A DNA stretch of 64,000 nucleotides, taken from the NCBI GenBank assembly GCA_048772705.1, contig JBLWGC010000173.1:1-64000 (forward strand), given 5' to 3'. Position numbers and translations under genes: made by a program. This document shows, piece after piece, positions 50,667 to 62,451 of this stretch. The DNA is from Leidyana gryllorum EB-2025a. Its lineage: Eukaryota; Protista; Apicomplexa. Position 1 is the stretch's first letter. Every line of letters starts with the position of its first letter. The notes under the pieces were generated by a model. That model did no database searches. It was not told where the DNA came from and saw nothing but the letters and a program-made list of their open reading frames with translations.

Positions 50667-50850
50667 GTCCGGTCAGCAGTGTGGTGAGAGGACGAATACT
50701 CTGTATGGGTTCAGCAATTACGGATCGATGCATAAATTAATAAGTGAAGACGATTGGTTGATGTGTGCGAGGCACGTTGGCTTCCATTTAGACGTTGAAT
50801 CTGAGGACGACTGTTGTCCCACAGGTCGTTTGGAAAGATTTCTTATCTTT
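49400..50850 (-). pseudogene. Fragmentary tandem-family pseudogene segments (approximate bounds)
   Basis: Frameshift-corrected reading gives AADILIQGAP-KEIQRAF-CRYIEIVG (family motif) in both duplicated units, and RPLTTLLTGL near 50690 resembles KALSNTLTGL / PFLETLQGL. Confidence 0.55.
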
Positions 50851-50990
50851 ATACAAAACAAGTTGAGATTGTTTGATTGATTGAGTGTCGTCAGCGGGCC
50901 GTGGAAGACGTGGAGGCAGTCAAGAAATGGTACCATTAGACAGAGAGGGATTTTGGTCTAAATAGAGCTCCCAATTCATCAAAGCTGGTA

Positions 50991-51401
50991 ATGCGCACGG
51001 CAGGAATACCTAAGCGCAACGTATCGTCACCCCCTGATTTACACAACTCTGCTATTGGAGACGACTGTTCTAGTCCGTCTCACCTCGTGGTAACAAGGTC
51101 GGGCATCGATCGGAAATTGTACAGGTCAGATGAAGACCTCGACGGAACCTCTCGCCGGATAGAGAATTATATTTGCAACATTCAACCTCTTGAAGACTCG
51201 GAGGATCAGTTCCTAGATCAATTCAGCCGAGAGAGTTCCTGTATCACACTGGAAGGTCCCAGAATGCGTACACGCTCTGAAAGCTGTTTATGGGGAGACG
51301 ATCAACTCGACCGCTTGAGGGACGCCAACTATAAGTCACCAAGACGTGGCGGCGAAGAGTCTAGACGCTCACTGCTGCTGATACCACCCCGCCACTCCTA
51401 G
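50991..51401 (+). CDS. Hypothetical protein (136 aa)
   Basis: ATG-initiated ORF with protein-like composition. No domain recognised. Confidence 0.4.
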   Translation: MRTAGIPKRNVSSPPDLHNSAIGDDCSSPSHLVVTRSGIDRKLYRSDEDLDGTSRRIENYICNIQPLEDSEDQFLDQFSRESSCITLEGPRMRTRSESCLWGDDQLDRLRDANYKSPRRGGEESRRSLLLIPPRHS

Positions 51402-51433
51402 AATTAAGTACGCTTTTTTTGGCGCCCCCACCC

Positions 51434-51925
51434 ATGGCCATTAAGAAAACGCGAGCCAAAACCCGCAAACCCGTCTCCAGGCGGCCTGTGGAGCTCCGCC
51501 ATAAGCGACCTCTTCATCGACGCACTGTGGAACCCACCATCCGCGAGCATTGGGATATCCGTAAAACTCTCAAACAGAATCTGAGCTCCATAAAACTGAG
51601 TGATTTTGCGCCACGTCTCCCGGATACCGACCACTACGAGCAAAAAGTGGTCAACAAGTGAGTCCACAGCCCCGACGCCCACAATATTTATCTGTACCCC
51701 ACAGTCTGAGCGAACCCGATGCCAAAATAATCAAGCGACTCATTGATAAATACGGACAGGATGACGTTAAGGTGAGCCCCAGCGCATGAGAAAGCCCGTC
51801 CAACCAAAATTTAGGCCATGGCCAAGGACATCAAGCGCAACAAATGGCAATGGACACCGGCGGAACTGAAGAAAAAGATTGCCAAGTACGCCGCCGGCTT
51901 AGTAGCAAAGCCCATCGGTGAATAA
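51434..51925 (+). CDS. NOP16: Ribosome biogenesis protein Nop16 (3 exons)
   Basis: Basic N-terminus, IREHWDIRKTLKQN, and spliced LSEPDAKIIKRLIDKYGQDDVKAMAKDIKRNKWQWTPAELKKKI match the Nop16 consensus. Confidence 0.8.
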
Positions 51926-52453
51926 AGATCATTTTGGAGGTTCGGGAAGCAACACTATGCCCACAACGCTTCGTCATCCCATCTTTCCATACAGCGATTC
52001 GAGCAACAAGTGCCGTTCCGGCGCCTACAAACAGACAAGGATAGCGAGGGAGTTATAAGTAATTACAAAGTCCTAACCGCAAACAACGATACATAATGTG
52101 CACAGATTTGATATTCAGTTGCCTAAACGATCGCTCTCCGGACAGGCGTCTCTCACTGAGTGTGTGTGCCTCCCTTCATCGTGTGTGTGCTTGATCGTTT
52201 GAATCATTGCTCTCTTGGCCGGGCCTCCTTTAGTCGCCATTGTACGTACAGCCTAGAAGATCGTTGTCAACGCCAGGCTTATCAAGGTATCTTCATGCAT
52301 GCGACCCGATCGACGCAAAAATGGCTGCTATCCATTAGAAAGACTGATAGGTGACGGTCGCGGGGTCCGAGCTGCTCCAAGTCTGAAGCAGAGGTCAGAC
52401 TTTCCAATCTCATGTGGATTGCTATATATACAGAGATAGTGAACCAATCGCTA

Positions 52454-53707
52454 TCACGTTCTGTTCTGAGTGGATTGAGAAGCAGGGGCGGCAGCACCCC
52501 TATTTTCTTGTGTGGCTTGCTCATCCCGACTTCGTATGAGATCGACAATGTTTGTACGGCACAGAGGGCAGTGCTGCGATCTGCCAAGCCAGACTTGGAC
52601 GCAGCTCGCATGGAACACGTGTCTGGCCGGGTCACAGGGTAGTTGTAGAATCTCATCCTCGGGCGCGAACTCTATCTGACAGATTGGACAGCTTGGCGCC
52701 GGTGGAGTACTGCCGGTAGACGTTGGCAGGCCTGCAGGAGAGACGCCCGGCATCTGTGTGGGAGCTTCTGCGGCTCCGATAGTGGTTGGGGAGCCAGCGT
52801 TACTACCAAAACGCGCTAGTAAGCCAGCAACAGTGTTGGTGATATTAGGCACTCGCATCTGGTTGAGTAGATGGCTGTCCTCGTGAGTGGGCAAAGTTCC
52901 TCCAGAGGTGGGCGGCACAGCAGGCGAGACAACTGGTTGAGCGGCTTGACTGATATGAATGCTCCCGGAGGCCATTGCTTCCCGATAAGTGGTAGGGACC
53001 AAGCGGGCCATGACGTCTTCCGGCGCCGGCGTCTGGTTGGTGGTGGCTTCAGTGGGTCCAACGACGAGCGGTATGAGCCTTTCTCTGACCCATCCGAAGC
53101 GGGTGAGACACATTAAACAGGGGACGCAGCACAGGAAGAGGATACAGGGGAAGAAGAGGACCAATGACTGAACGATCCAGCCAAAAAGAGACCAGGCCTT
53201 GGCAGCAGTGGTGGCTTCACACGACTTGGTGGGCCAATTCACAAATATGGCTTGAATTCCGTAGAGATACCATGCGAGCACAAAGACTTCAAGGAGCAGT
53301 TCCAAGCAAAAGATGGCTTTGGCCCCACCTCCACGTCGACGGAGGAACAAAACATAAATCAATGTGGTGATAGAGGAACGAATGACCATTGAGCTCATCC
53401 AGACTGTGGACCAAATCTTCAAGTCGTAGTCGTCGCAACGGTCAGTTAGACTCTCGCTCCAGTGGCCGCGGTACAGCAGCTGCTGCCAAATCAAGAGGCC
53501 GGTATTCAGAGCCAGGTCGACTAATCGGAAGTACAAAGCGTGAGTATATGCCGTTTGAGCTCTCCTAGTTGTGGCAGCATCAGGGGCTGTACCCACAGGT
53601 TGTTGTGAGTCATTTCGTACGTAAATAACAAAGTGGTCACTCTCCCTCCTCTCAGGAGCGGGAAAGTGGCCCCCCTCTTCCAGTCTTCCGGCCATCTTTG
53701 GGACCAC
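52454..53707 (-). CDS. Transmembrane RING-H2 E3 ubiquitin ligase
   Basis: About four TM segments followed by CPICQIEF..LPC...HVFHASCVQVWL...HCPLCR (C3H2C3). Exact start uncertain. Confidence 0.9.
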   Translation of the reverse strand: MVPKMAGRLEEGGHFPAPERRESDHFVIYVRNDSQQPVGTAPDAATTRRAQTAYTHALYFRLVDLALNTGLLIWQQLLYRGHWSESLTDRCDDYDLKIWSTVWMSSMVIRSSITTLIYVLFLRRRGGGAKAIFCLELLLEVFVLAWYLYGIQAIFVNWPTKSCEATTAAKAWSLFGWIVQSLVLFFPCILFLCCVPCLMCLTRFGWVRERLIPLVVGPTEATTNQTPAPEDVMARLVPTTYREAMASGSIHISQAAQPVVSPAVPPTSGGTLPTHEDSHLLNQMRVPNITNTVAGLLARFGSNAGSPTTIGAAEAPTQMPGVSPAGLPTSTGSTPPAPSCPICQIEFAPEDEILQLPCDPARHVFHASCVQVWLGRSQHCPLCRTNIVDLIRSRDEQATQENRGAAAPASQSTQNRT

Positions 53708-55583
53708 TCAGTACCCATATACTGACAGTCTCCAGGTCTGTGCACTTTTTATACCCGAAAAATGCCACGCATGGCCTCACTAATAGTCGGTGCACCACCC
53801 GCAGTTTGCTCCCACATTTCCCCTCCCAGGCAGTCGCGCGACCGCGCGGTGTGTTTCGCGTGCGAATGACTATTTAGTCTGTATCTAGCGATATGCGAAA
53901 GTGTGCGATCGAATTTCTTGAGATTGGTCTACCCACCGAATTGAGTGGGACCTCAGAGTGCACGCGTGTGTGGTCTTTGTGTTTGCGTGGTGATTCATAC
54001 CATAAGAAAAGTGAGGTACTCAGACGCCGCCAAAAACATGCATTGAGAATAGGACAGATGGTGCTTCTATATGCACAAGCGCAGTAGTTTTAGAGATATA
54101 TCAATGTCCATTGCACATTGATCAATGGTTGAATAGTAGAAGAGAGGAAACAAGTCCTAGTTAGTTTAGGTGGTCACGTTACGCGACCCCAGCGAGCGAG
54201 ATCGCACAATCTTCCTTTTGTTCAGTCAATTCGCACCTTCTGGTGTGCCGATTATGTGTGTCGGGAGGACATGACAGCACCATCAATATAAGAAGAAAGA
54301 GAAGTGAAGTGTAGTAGTAGCAGTGAGTAGTATTATTAGGTTGTCGGGACTGGCACTCTGGCCTCCAAGTGCCTCATTAGCCGACGACATGATTGGAGCA
54401 GGCGAAAGACAGCGAGTAGCAGATTTATATGACGCATTTGTCATTCAAGTTGTACAAAGGGGCGGCGTTTGGAGTCTATTGAGTTCTCGCTAGTGTGGTC
54501 TGTACAAATGACCGTTCCTACTTGCATAGTAAAAAAGTCTTGAGGGGGGGCTTCGTTTATTCCCAGAAAATGCGTGGTGGGCATCATCCTAAAGACAGAG
54601 CCACTCCCCCAGAAAGCGCGTCATAGCTGGTTGCGACAGTACTGCTCTTGGAATAAGCCACCTGACCTCTCTCAAGCTGTCCTCCGGAATACTTTTTGTT
54701 CTTCAGACGACGTCAGGTCCATCATTTCATGGACGTCATACGACATTCAGTACTTTTGGAGAAGGAAAAAGGCGTCCAATAGGTTGACTGGGTACGTCGG
54801 TTGGATCCACATTTCAGAACGTCAGATCGATTTTCATTTACCTGATAAGGCATCACACAGGAGACTTATCATTTTCCACCATATGTAACAGTGCTGAGTT
54901 TCAACAGGGCGGGCGACAGTTTCGGATCGTCGTCGTTGGCTACCACCAATTGTTGGGAGGCTCATTGACAGGGGTGGGTGGACGATAGACATTATGAAGC
55001 TATAAAGTGCGGACTCGGAAGGGAAGGTAAGGTAAGGGGAGGGCAGGGAGGAAAGGGACCGGAAGTGGAAGGGACATAAGATGACAGATAGATCGTCATG
55101 CTACGGATTCAAAACTCAGTACGAGCAGATCGCCGACTTCAGCAGCCACGTGAGATAGCAGCAGGAGCAGACAAAGACCAAGTGGGTTCTCGAACACACT
55201 TTATCCCCCACGCTACCACACTGAGAGGTACGGCCAGCGAAGGAGAAACAAGGAGCGTATGCAAATTGAGCTCGCAACCGCCCCATCACCATTACCATCT
55301 CTCCTTCGCCATTATCCACTCAGCCGTACCCGCCTGGGCGAAAATGCAAGACTTGCAACAGCCGAGGAGCTCTCGGCGATAGGTAGAGATAGCTTCTGCT
55401 GGAGACGTGGCTTGACTTGGCTCATCGAGAAGCAAGCGAGATCCACCCCGCCTAACGACCAATAATAACACCGGAATAGATCAACATTGGCATGCATCAA
55501 GTATGGTATTGGGTCATGAGCGAGACTCACGTGTTTGTTGAATGTCTGTGTTCCTCTACACACTCGCAGCCAATTACAAGACG

Positions 55584-57102
55584 ATGATGGCCACCTCCTA
55601 TCTTATTATCGCAGTTGTTGTCTCCGTGGGAGCGTTGGGAAGCGAATGCTATTGCCCGGACGGTTGGTTGGCCGGAGAAGTTCCGCTTGGTGGCGGGTAT
55701 GAGTGCTCTAAAGTCACCAAGTTCGACACTGTTCGCAACTTGGTCTGTCGGGTAAGTGACTGGGACTTAATTTAGCTGCTATGCATGATATCCCGCAGTA
55801 CGACGGACCCGACTCGGACATATGCAGAATTGCGCAACACATCGCTATGTGTCCCACGGTGAGCAGCGGTCTAGCGCTCTTCATTTTCACTTGCGCGTCA
55901 ATTTGTAGGGATTTGATGTAGTTGGGGGTCCCGCTGACGTTCAATTTTGTGCTCGCACCGAAAGAGTGGGGTGTGCAATGTCACCGTCACGCCGGTTGGC
56001 GACGGAGGGAGAGGGACCATCAGAAAGCCTGGTTGCACGGCTCCAGGCGAAGATCAAGGCGAGCAAGGAGAAGAAAGAGGCCAAGATGGAGGAGCTGCGT
56101 CAGCAGATCTCGTCTCGCAAGCAGGAACGTCGGGTCGTGTTCGTTGAGGGTAGCGAGGATGGTGGCGGAGACGGTATCGAGGTCCCAATAATTCCGTCTG
56201 ACGATAGCGGTGTCCTCCCGAAAGAGTCAGAGAGTTTGTCATCACTCAAGCGTGCCAAATATAGGTCCCAAGGGTTGATGTTAGCACGGACACCCCGCGG
56301 TCCGAGTCTTGTGACAGCGAGCGGCAGTCCCGTACAAGTGCGAGGACCAGGAGGAGTCAAGCTGGGGCCGAAAAGGAACGGCTCAGATCTCCTCCTGCAG
56401 CAGCAGCAGCAAGATGGCACTGTAGAGGTGATTGAGTCTTCTTCATCAGCAGCAGGATCGATGGACGAAGATCTGGCCACGGCGGCTTCGGCTGATTGGG
56501 TGGACGTTTTGCCCATTGATGCGTTCCCCAATGATAACGCTTTTGCCTCACAAGCGACCTTTCGCATTGAGCAATTGGCGGCCTCAGAAGACGACGCTCC
56601 CATGATGGTCTCAGTCGAGTCGTCGGCATCCATCGCCTCCGACTTTGACGGCATTCCAGTCCATGAGCACAGTGAAACAGTATCGACTCCCAATCTGGCC
56701 GAACAAGCCCGTGCCATCAATAATCTTCTGGAGGAGTATGTCGCTTTGGGTGGAGAGACTACTGACTTTGATGAACGGCTGGGTCAGTTCTTCAATTCCG
56801 TATTGGAATCTATTGAGCTTGCCCTCCGCTACAAGGAAGACGGAGCTGCCACCTCCCAGGCTGCAGAAGAAGACGCTGCTTTGGAGACTCTAGCGGAAGC
56901 AATTGTGGCCAATGAATATGAGAACCGCGAGGAGTATGTGGAGCCTTTGGCTGCTACGGCGGGGTACGATGATAACTGGCCCGCTGACGACAGTATACGG
57001 GACCTCCTGGCAGGCACATCACTGGACAAGACCAAGGAGGAGACCGACGTGGCGACGCTGATATACAGAGCGTGGTTCGGGAACCAATTAAATCGTAAGT
57101 AG
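55584..57102 (+). CDS. Secreted protein with N-terminal Cys-rich (CPxG) domain and acidic C-terminus (3 exons)
   Basis: Signal-peptide-like MMATSYLIIAVVVSVGALG. Introns 55752-55798 and 55859-55908 give CYCPDGW..C..C..C..MCPTGF..C..GC, in frame with the 378-aa ORF. Confidence 0.7.
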
Positions 57103-57428
57103 CATGAAGTTTGTGTGTGTGCCTGTAATATCGTCTTCACCCAGTGTGAAACCATTCAAGCCGCCCAAAGAGATAGGGCCGTTGGCGAAGATCGGGGCTT
57201 GGAACTCGGTCAATAGCTTCACTTTTTCAAAGGCCGGATACTTGCTGAAATGACATATTTTCCTTCTTCATGTTCAGAGAATACCGAACGAGATGGATTG
57301 TGGCACTGTGACATGACAGTAATATATTCTAGATACAGAGATATGAGCAATCGGAAAGCTTTTACTTGACACACTACGATAATGTATAGTGGTCAGTACG
57401 TCGGTCAATCAATCTCTTTGGCGATTAA

Positions 57429-59050
57429 TCAGCCAACTAAAAGCCTGTCCGCCGGGCCGCACACCCAGCGTAGAGTATCACTGATCGCACTGCAGTTATC
57501 AGTGCTGCCATCACCGTTATAGTATAGGTGAACACCGTTGCCAGAGAATAATGTCCATGGGGTGGGGCAACGAGACAGCTCCATATGAAGGCGCCGGACC
57601 ACGAAGCGGCACAACACAGTAATAAAAATGGTGGCCACGACCCTTTCGCTCTGCAACATGCGAGAATTCGCCAATTTCTTGACCACACACGTGTGTTCTT
57701 ACCGCGGATGTATAATCATCAGAGCCACCACTGACGGCCACGACACAGCTAGCAATCCATATTGTCGTGTCAAAGCGGCCAGGTGGGCGCAATAGGACGC
57801 GCTCATGAGGTAAAAGCACAGCAGAATTCTGTCGCCTGTCAGGAAGAACATATAATTTGGGCAAGGGTTGGTACCGGTGGTGATAGTATGGCGATGCAAA
57901 TGCGGAAGTCTCCCAGGACGCGCGATTGGGCGGCAAACCTCACCTATCGCTTCTCCGGCCATGAACATTGGCCGGGAGACAATGCAGACCGAGGTGCGCG
58001 TTACTCGCTTCAGGGCAAAATATGGGACGAGCTGTCGAAAGGAAGGGCCGCAAAGACAGATGGTCATACTACATCATAGAAGTACCCACCAACCAATAGA
58101 CAAAAGCAAGGGAGAATGTAATCATTATCACCGGCTCAACCGCGTCTGACGCGATACATCCGTGATGTGCAGGAAGCAGATCACCACCACAATAGCTCGT
58201 AGGATTAATTGCAGTTAGGTGGCTATCAGCGAACAGTACGATACTGGCCAGAGTCCCGCTGAACGACAAAAGGCAGAAGGATGCTGTGAGGGGCATCGCA
58301 CGTCAAGGGTTTGGTTCAGAGTGTTTCTTAACACTCACTGATCCATCGCTTGATCCAGACTAAGCGACTTGGCGTGACAATCTTCTTGTGCAGACGCGGG
58401 ATAGCGATTGCTATCAACATGGCTATCCCGAGATGAAAGAGGAGGCTATTGAGGAATTCCGGGTTGACTGCGAAGGCTCGCGACACCAAGCCACGATGAC
58501 AGTATCCACAACCGCTGTCCAGAGCAATGATTACGATGAAGGATCCGAGATGCAGGGACAGAGCAGAAGTGCTCCCCGCCAACAGCATCCAGTAGTTGAA
58601 TGGTTGGGGTACAAACAGAGCGGATGAGTGCGATTCTATAGGCGGGTGACGTGTCGGTTCAGGTCGAGCAAGCTTCACTCCGGACGGCGGCACACTCCAC
58701 TGACAGTATCCATTTGGGCTATCGTGACTGACAGCCACCAGGGGGACCGCGAACGAGTCTGCCACGCTTATCCGGGCACCATATTGGGGTGAAGTGGTAG
58801 ACGTAGCGTCGAGTGAAAGAAGTATATGCGAGTCCCGAGGTAACAAATCTCCCCCGGAAGCCAAGTGAGTCGTAAAAGTGCCTCTTCGACCACTGCATAG
58901 TTGGTGAAAGTCGTCAGCTCCAAGACGCTCCAACAAAGGTCCTTCTCCGCTGCGGCCTCCCGATGGCCCTGGTACCGTGGCTGATGCTTTCACTTCACTT
59001 CTAGCTGGACGCCAACCTGTGCGAGACCCCGGTTCCCCGACGCACTGCAT
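57429..59050 (-). CDS. Hypothetical multi-pass membrane protein (exon structure unresolved)
   Basis: Consecutive hydrophobic - strand ORFs. One clean in-phase intron (GTGAGT..CACAG near 58338-58286); other junctions not resolved. Confidence 0.35.
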
Positions 59051-59077
59051 TGACAAAAATCCAATTCTCTATGTTGT

Positions 59078-60794
59078 CTAAGCGCTCAGCCACTCGCTAT
59101 GTACCGGGCCTGCTGCTTCCTCATCTCGGCGCACGTACTCATGGGCTCCGAAACAATCTCTCTGTGCCTGGACCAAATTCAAAGGTAGTTCTGGGGCGCT
59201 CAATGTGTCCAAATAATTCAAACTCGCAGCCATTCCGGGAACTGAAGAGAAACAAAGGAACATGGAGTGCACAAAAAGCCTTTCGTACCCGGTACCCCGA
59301 CTGCTTGAGCAGTACACACAAGCTGACGGAGATACTTGACTCCCTGGCGCAACTCGTTCGCGAACCACGGGCTCACCAACAAGGTGTCCAGTCCTGGATC
59401 CGCCTTGTACGCTTCGTGGATACTCTTCAGAAAGTCCGCACGAATAATGCAACCACCAGTCCAGATCAGAGAGACCTTAGCCAGATCGATGCCGTACTGA
59501 TGCTTCTCACTTGCGGCCGACAAGAGCTTCATCCCCTGAGCATAACTGCAGATCTTGGCGGTGAGCAGAGCTGCGCCAATCTCCTTGTTGTCCAATCCGC
59601 AGCCCCTAGCCGTCATCTCCTCGGCTGTGGGTCGCACACCCTCCAAGGAGCCAACATCGGCTCGAGTCTTCCGCATCCCAGAAAGATATCGGCTATCCAG
59701 AGCTGCCGCAATCGTCGGACAGGGGATTGCTAACTCTGCCGCTTCCTGCACAGTCCATTTCCCGGTACCTTTGCTTCCAGCAACGTCCAAAACAGCATCA
59801 ACCAAATACTCAAATTTGTTCTTCGGGTCCTTCACCTTGAAAATCTCCGAGGTGATCTCAATCAGATATGATTTGAGCTGAGAACCGTCGGCATTCCAAG
59901 ACTCAAATACCCGTTGAATCTCGTCGTTCTTCCACTTCAAAACTTGTTTCATGAAATCGTAAGTCTCAGATATCAGTTGCATGTCACCGTACTCAATGCC
60001 ATTGTGGACCATCTTGACATAATTACCAGCACTACCCTTTCCCATGTATTCACAGCAAGTCATATCGTCTACGCCCTTGGCAGCAATCTTTGTCAATATG
60101 GGCTTCATGTGTTCATATGCTTCACTGTTGCCGCCAGGCATCAAAGAAGGCCCATGACGAGCCCCTTCCTCGCCACCGCTCACTCCCATAGCCATATAAT
60201 GGAGACCCGGATGTTTCTGAGCAATCTCCGATATCCGGCGGTCAGTATTCCGCCAATGTTCGTTTCCGCCATCGATCAGAATATCACCATCTTCCAAAAC
60301 GTTCACCAGCTGCTGGATCGTTGCATCGACACCCGCACCAGCTTGTACCATCATCAAAACCTTTCGCGGTTTCGTCAAACTCGCCACCTGTGCGGCACAT
60401 AAACAGGAAGACATGCCAAGAATTTCTTCTCAGGCAGGCACATGGCTCGATCATTTACCACAAGCAAAGTCCACATTCGCGTCGGAGACACAGAGCCCGC
60501 ACACGCACAAGCACAAACACGGGAACACATCACCAGCAACGGACGGGAGGGGGAGGACGATCCGTTGCGCTTAGGTCGGAAGGGTTTCGGAAGTTGTCAG
60601 CTTGCCGCCCTACTTACAAAATCAGTGATACTGTGGAAGCCGTGGAGCTCTAGGCCTTGTTTCTTAGCCTCCTCCACGGCCTCGTCGGTACGAGCTGCAG
60701 TGCGGTTGAAAGCTGCCACCTTGAAGCCTTTCTCAGCAGCATTCATGGCCAAGTTGCGGCCCATGACAGCCATGCCGATCACACCGAGATCCAT
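59078..60794 (-). CDS. PGD: 6-phosphogluconate dehydrogenase, decarboxylating (3 exons)
   Basis: DLGVIGMAVMGRNLAMN, DGGNE, GVSGGEEGARHGPSLMPGG, YVKMVHNGIEYGDMQLISE, KGTGKWT, GGCIIRA and NLVQAQRDCFGAH. Confidence 0.97.
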
Positions 60795-60855
60795 TTTTAC
60801 AGGGTGTTGTTGCTTCAAGTTCAGGTGAGGTCGGATTAAATTTTTTTCTGTAGTA

Positions 60856-61425
60856 ATGGGTGAGGTCACGATGGAGACACAGGAGTCAAAGAAGAGAGGT
60901 ATTATTCGGTTGCGTGGGATGCCAGCTGAGCTGCAGGAGCCCCAACTACGCAAGTTTTTCAGTCAGTTTGGCAAAGTAACTAATGCCGTGGTAATCCGTT
61001 CGAAGAAGGTGAGTAAGATTGGTTTTGACGGTGATAAAGTGGGTGCGATTATAGACTGCCAATTCACGTGGGAGCGGTTGGTTGGAGTTTGAGTTTGACT
61101 CTGTGGCTGAGGTTGTTGCTCGGAAAGTGCCGAAATATATGCTGTTTGGGACTACAATGTACCTGACCTATTGTCCTGATTTGAGCGAGGCTGACAGAGG
61201 TAAGGTGGATAAAGAGGTTTGCAGTTTTATTGGGCATCAGCTCGTATTTTTCGGTTGTCTAAGCGTCGTTGGACGAAGCCGAATTTGGCTAAACAGGCAG
61301 AGAGGGTATGTTCCACACGTTGCAAACGGTCTAAGGAAGAATGGGAGGAAATCGTCGCCACGAGGCACAAGAAGCTTCTGAAGAAGTTGGGCGAGCGAGG
61401 CGTTGATCTCAAATCTCTCCCTTAG
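60856..61425 (+). CDS. Nucleolar RRM protein, Nop15/NIFK-like (3 exons)
   Basis: GIIRLRGMP...EPQLRKFFSQFGKV..IRSKKTANSRGSGWLEFEFDSVAEVVA...YMLFG and C-terminal KKLGERGVD resemble Nop15/MKI67IP. Confidence 0.75.
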
Positions 61426-62333
61426 GAGCTGGGATTATAGTGGTCATATAAAGTAGCCACATCGTCGGCTTCAGTTAATATGGTCCAGCCCTTCTCGTTG
61501 ATCCAATATACTCGGACAACACCACCTGACGCACCATCACGATGTCCAGCATGGTAGATAGACCGCCGGGCCAGTTCGTGAGCATCTTCTTTGGACAGAT
61601 CCCATCTCCAGCCAGCGTCCAGAACACCATATGCATAAGTCGAACCTGATGAGAAACAACATGACCTCTATTCCTTCCTCCCTCCCTCGCTCCTGACTCA
61701 CCAGAGCCTACACTGAACAGGTCTCCCTTTATCCGCGAGCCGCTGTCGTCCACCATGAAGAGGGCAGACTCTTTTCTTTGCACATCGTAACCAGCGATCA
61801 TAGTACCACAGCTGAGTCCGTAGCCTCTGTAGCTGTAGAAGATGTTAGCCAAGAGTTTACTGGCGTGGGCCACCGAGATACGTTCCCCATTTTGGAGCTC
61901 GTAGATTCGACACATCTTCCCCAAATAGCGCTCCCAGAACGAGCAGTCAGCCGCACCGCCAGCCATTGTGCCCAACAAGAAGTCGTTGATCTCGATGATT
62001 TTACGCACCGTCTGAGATGCGATGAAACTACCTGCAGGCGGTGAAAGTTTGACGATGAGACAGGTGTGTGTGCGTGTGTGTGGACTGACCTTGAGAGGCA
62101 CGGGAGTCACAGGCGACCATGATGCCTTGAGCGAAGCGGAAGGCGAGCGTGGTCGTTCCCTTATCAAACTTGAGGAAGCGTTCGCGGTTCTGGGCCGGGA
62201 CCGCATTCTTGATAAAAGACATGGGGTCGTGAGGAGCCAACATGAAGCGGAAGTCTTGTGTTCGAGAGGAGGGTGCCGCTAACTCGGTGATGCTATCCTC
62301 CTCATGCTGGTCCCAGGCAGTCAGTACAGTCAT
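61422..62333 (-). CDS. PSMB5: 20S proteasome subunit beta type-5 (3 exons)
   Basis: Propeptide then [45 protein letters not shown] and HRDGASGG. Stop TAA at 61424-61422. Confidence 0.96.
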
Positions 62334-62451
62334 TTCAAAGTGTTTGTGAAATTCGGCTCCTACAACCTCACACGTTTTTTGGAACCATGGTTAGGAAGGG
62401 AAGGTAGAAAGGCGTAAAAAACGGAAATGGGTAGTGAGGGCTGGTGTGTCA

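Noticed and set aside
53750-55500. Long intergenic region with a purine-rich tract (~55010-55080), considered as an ncRNA or tRNA locus
   Set aside because: No recognisable tRNA, snRNA or rRNA sequence or structure.
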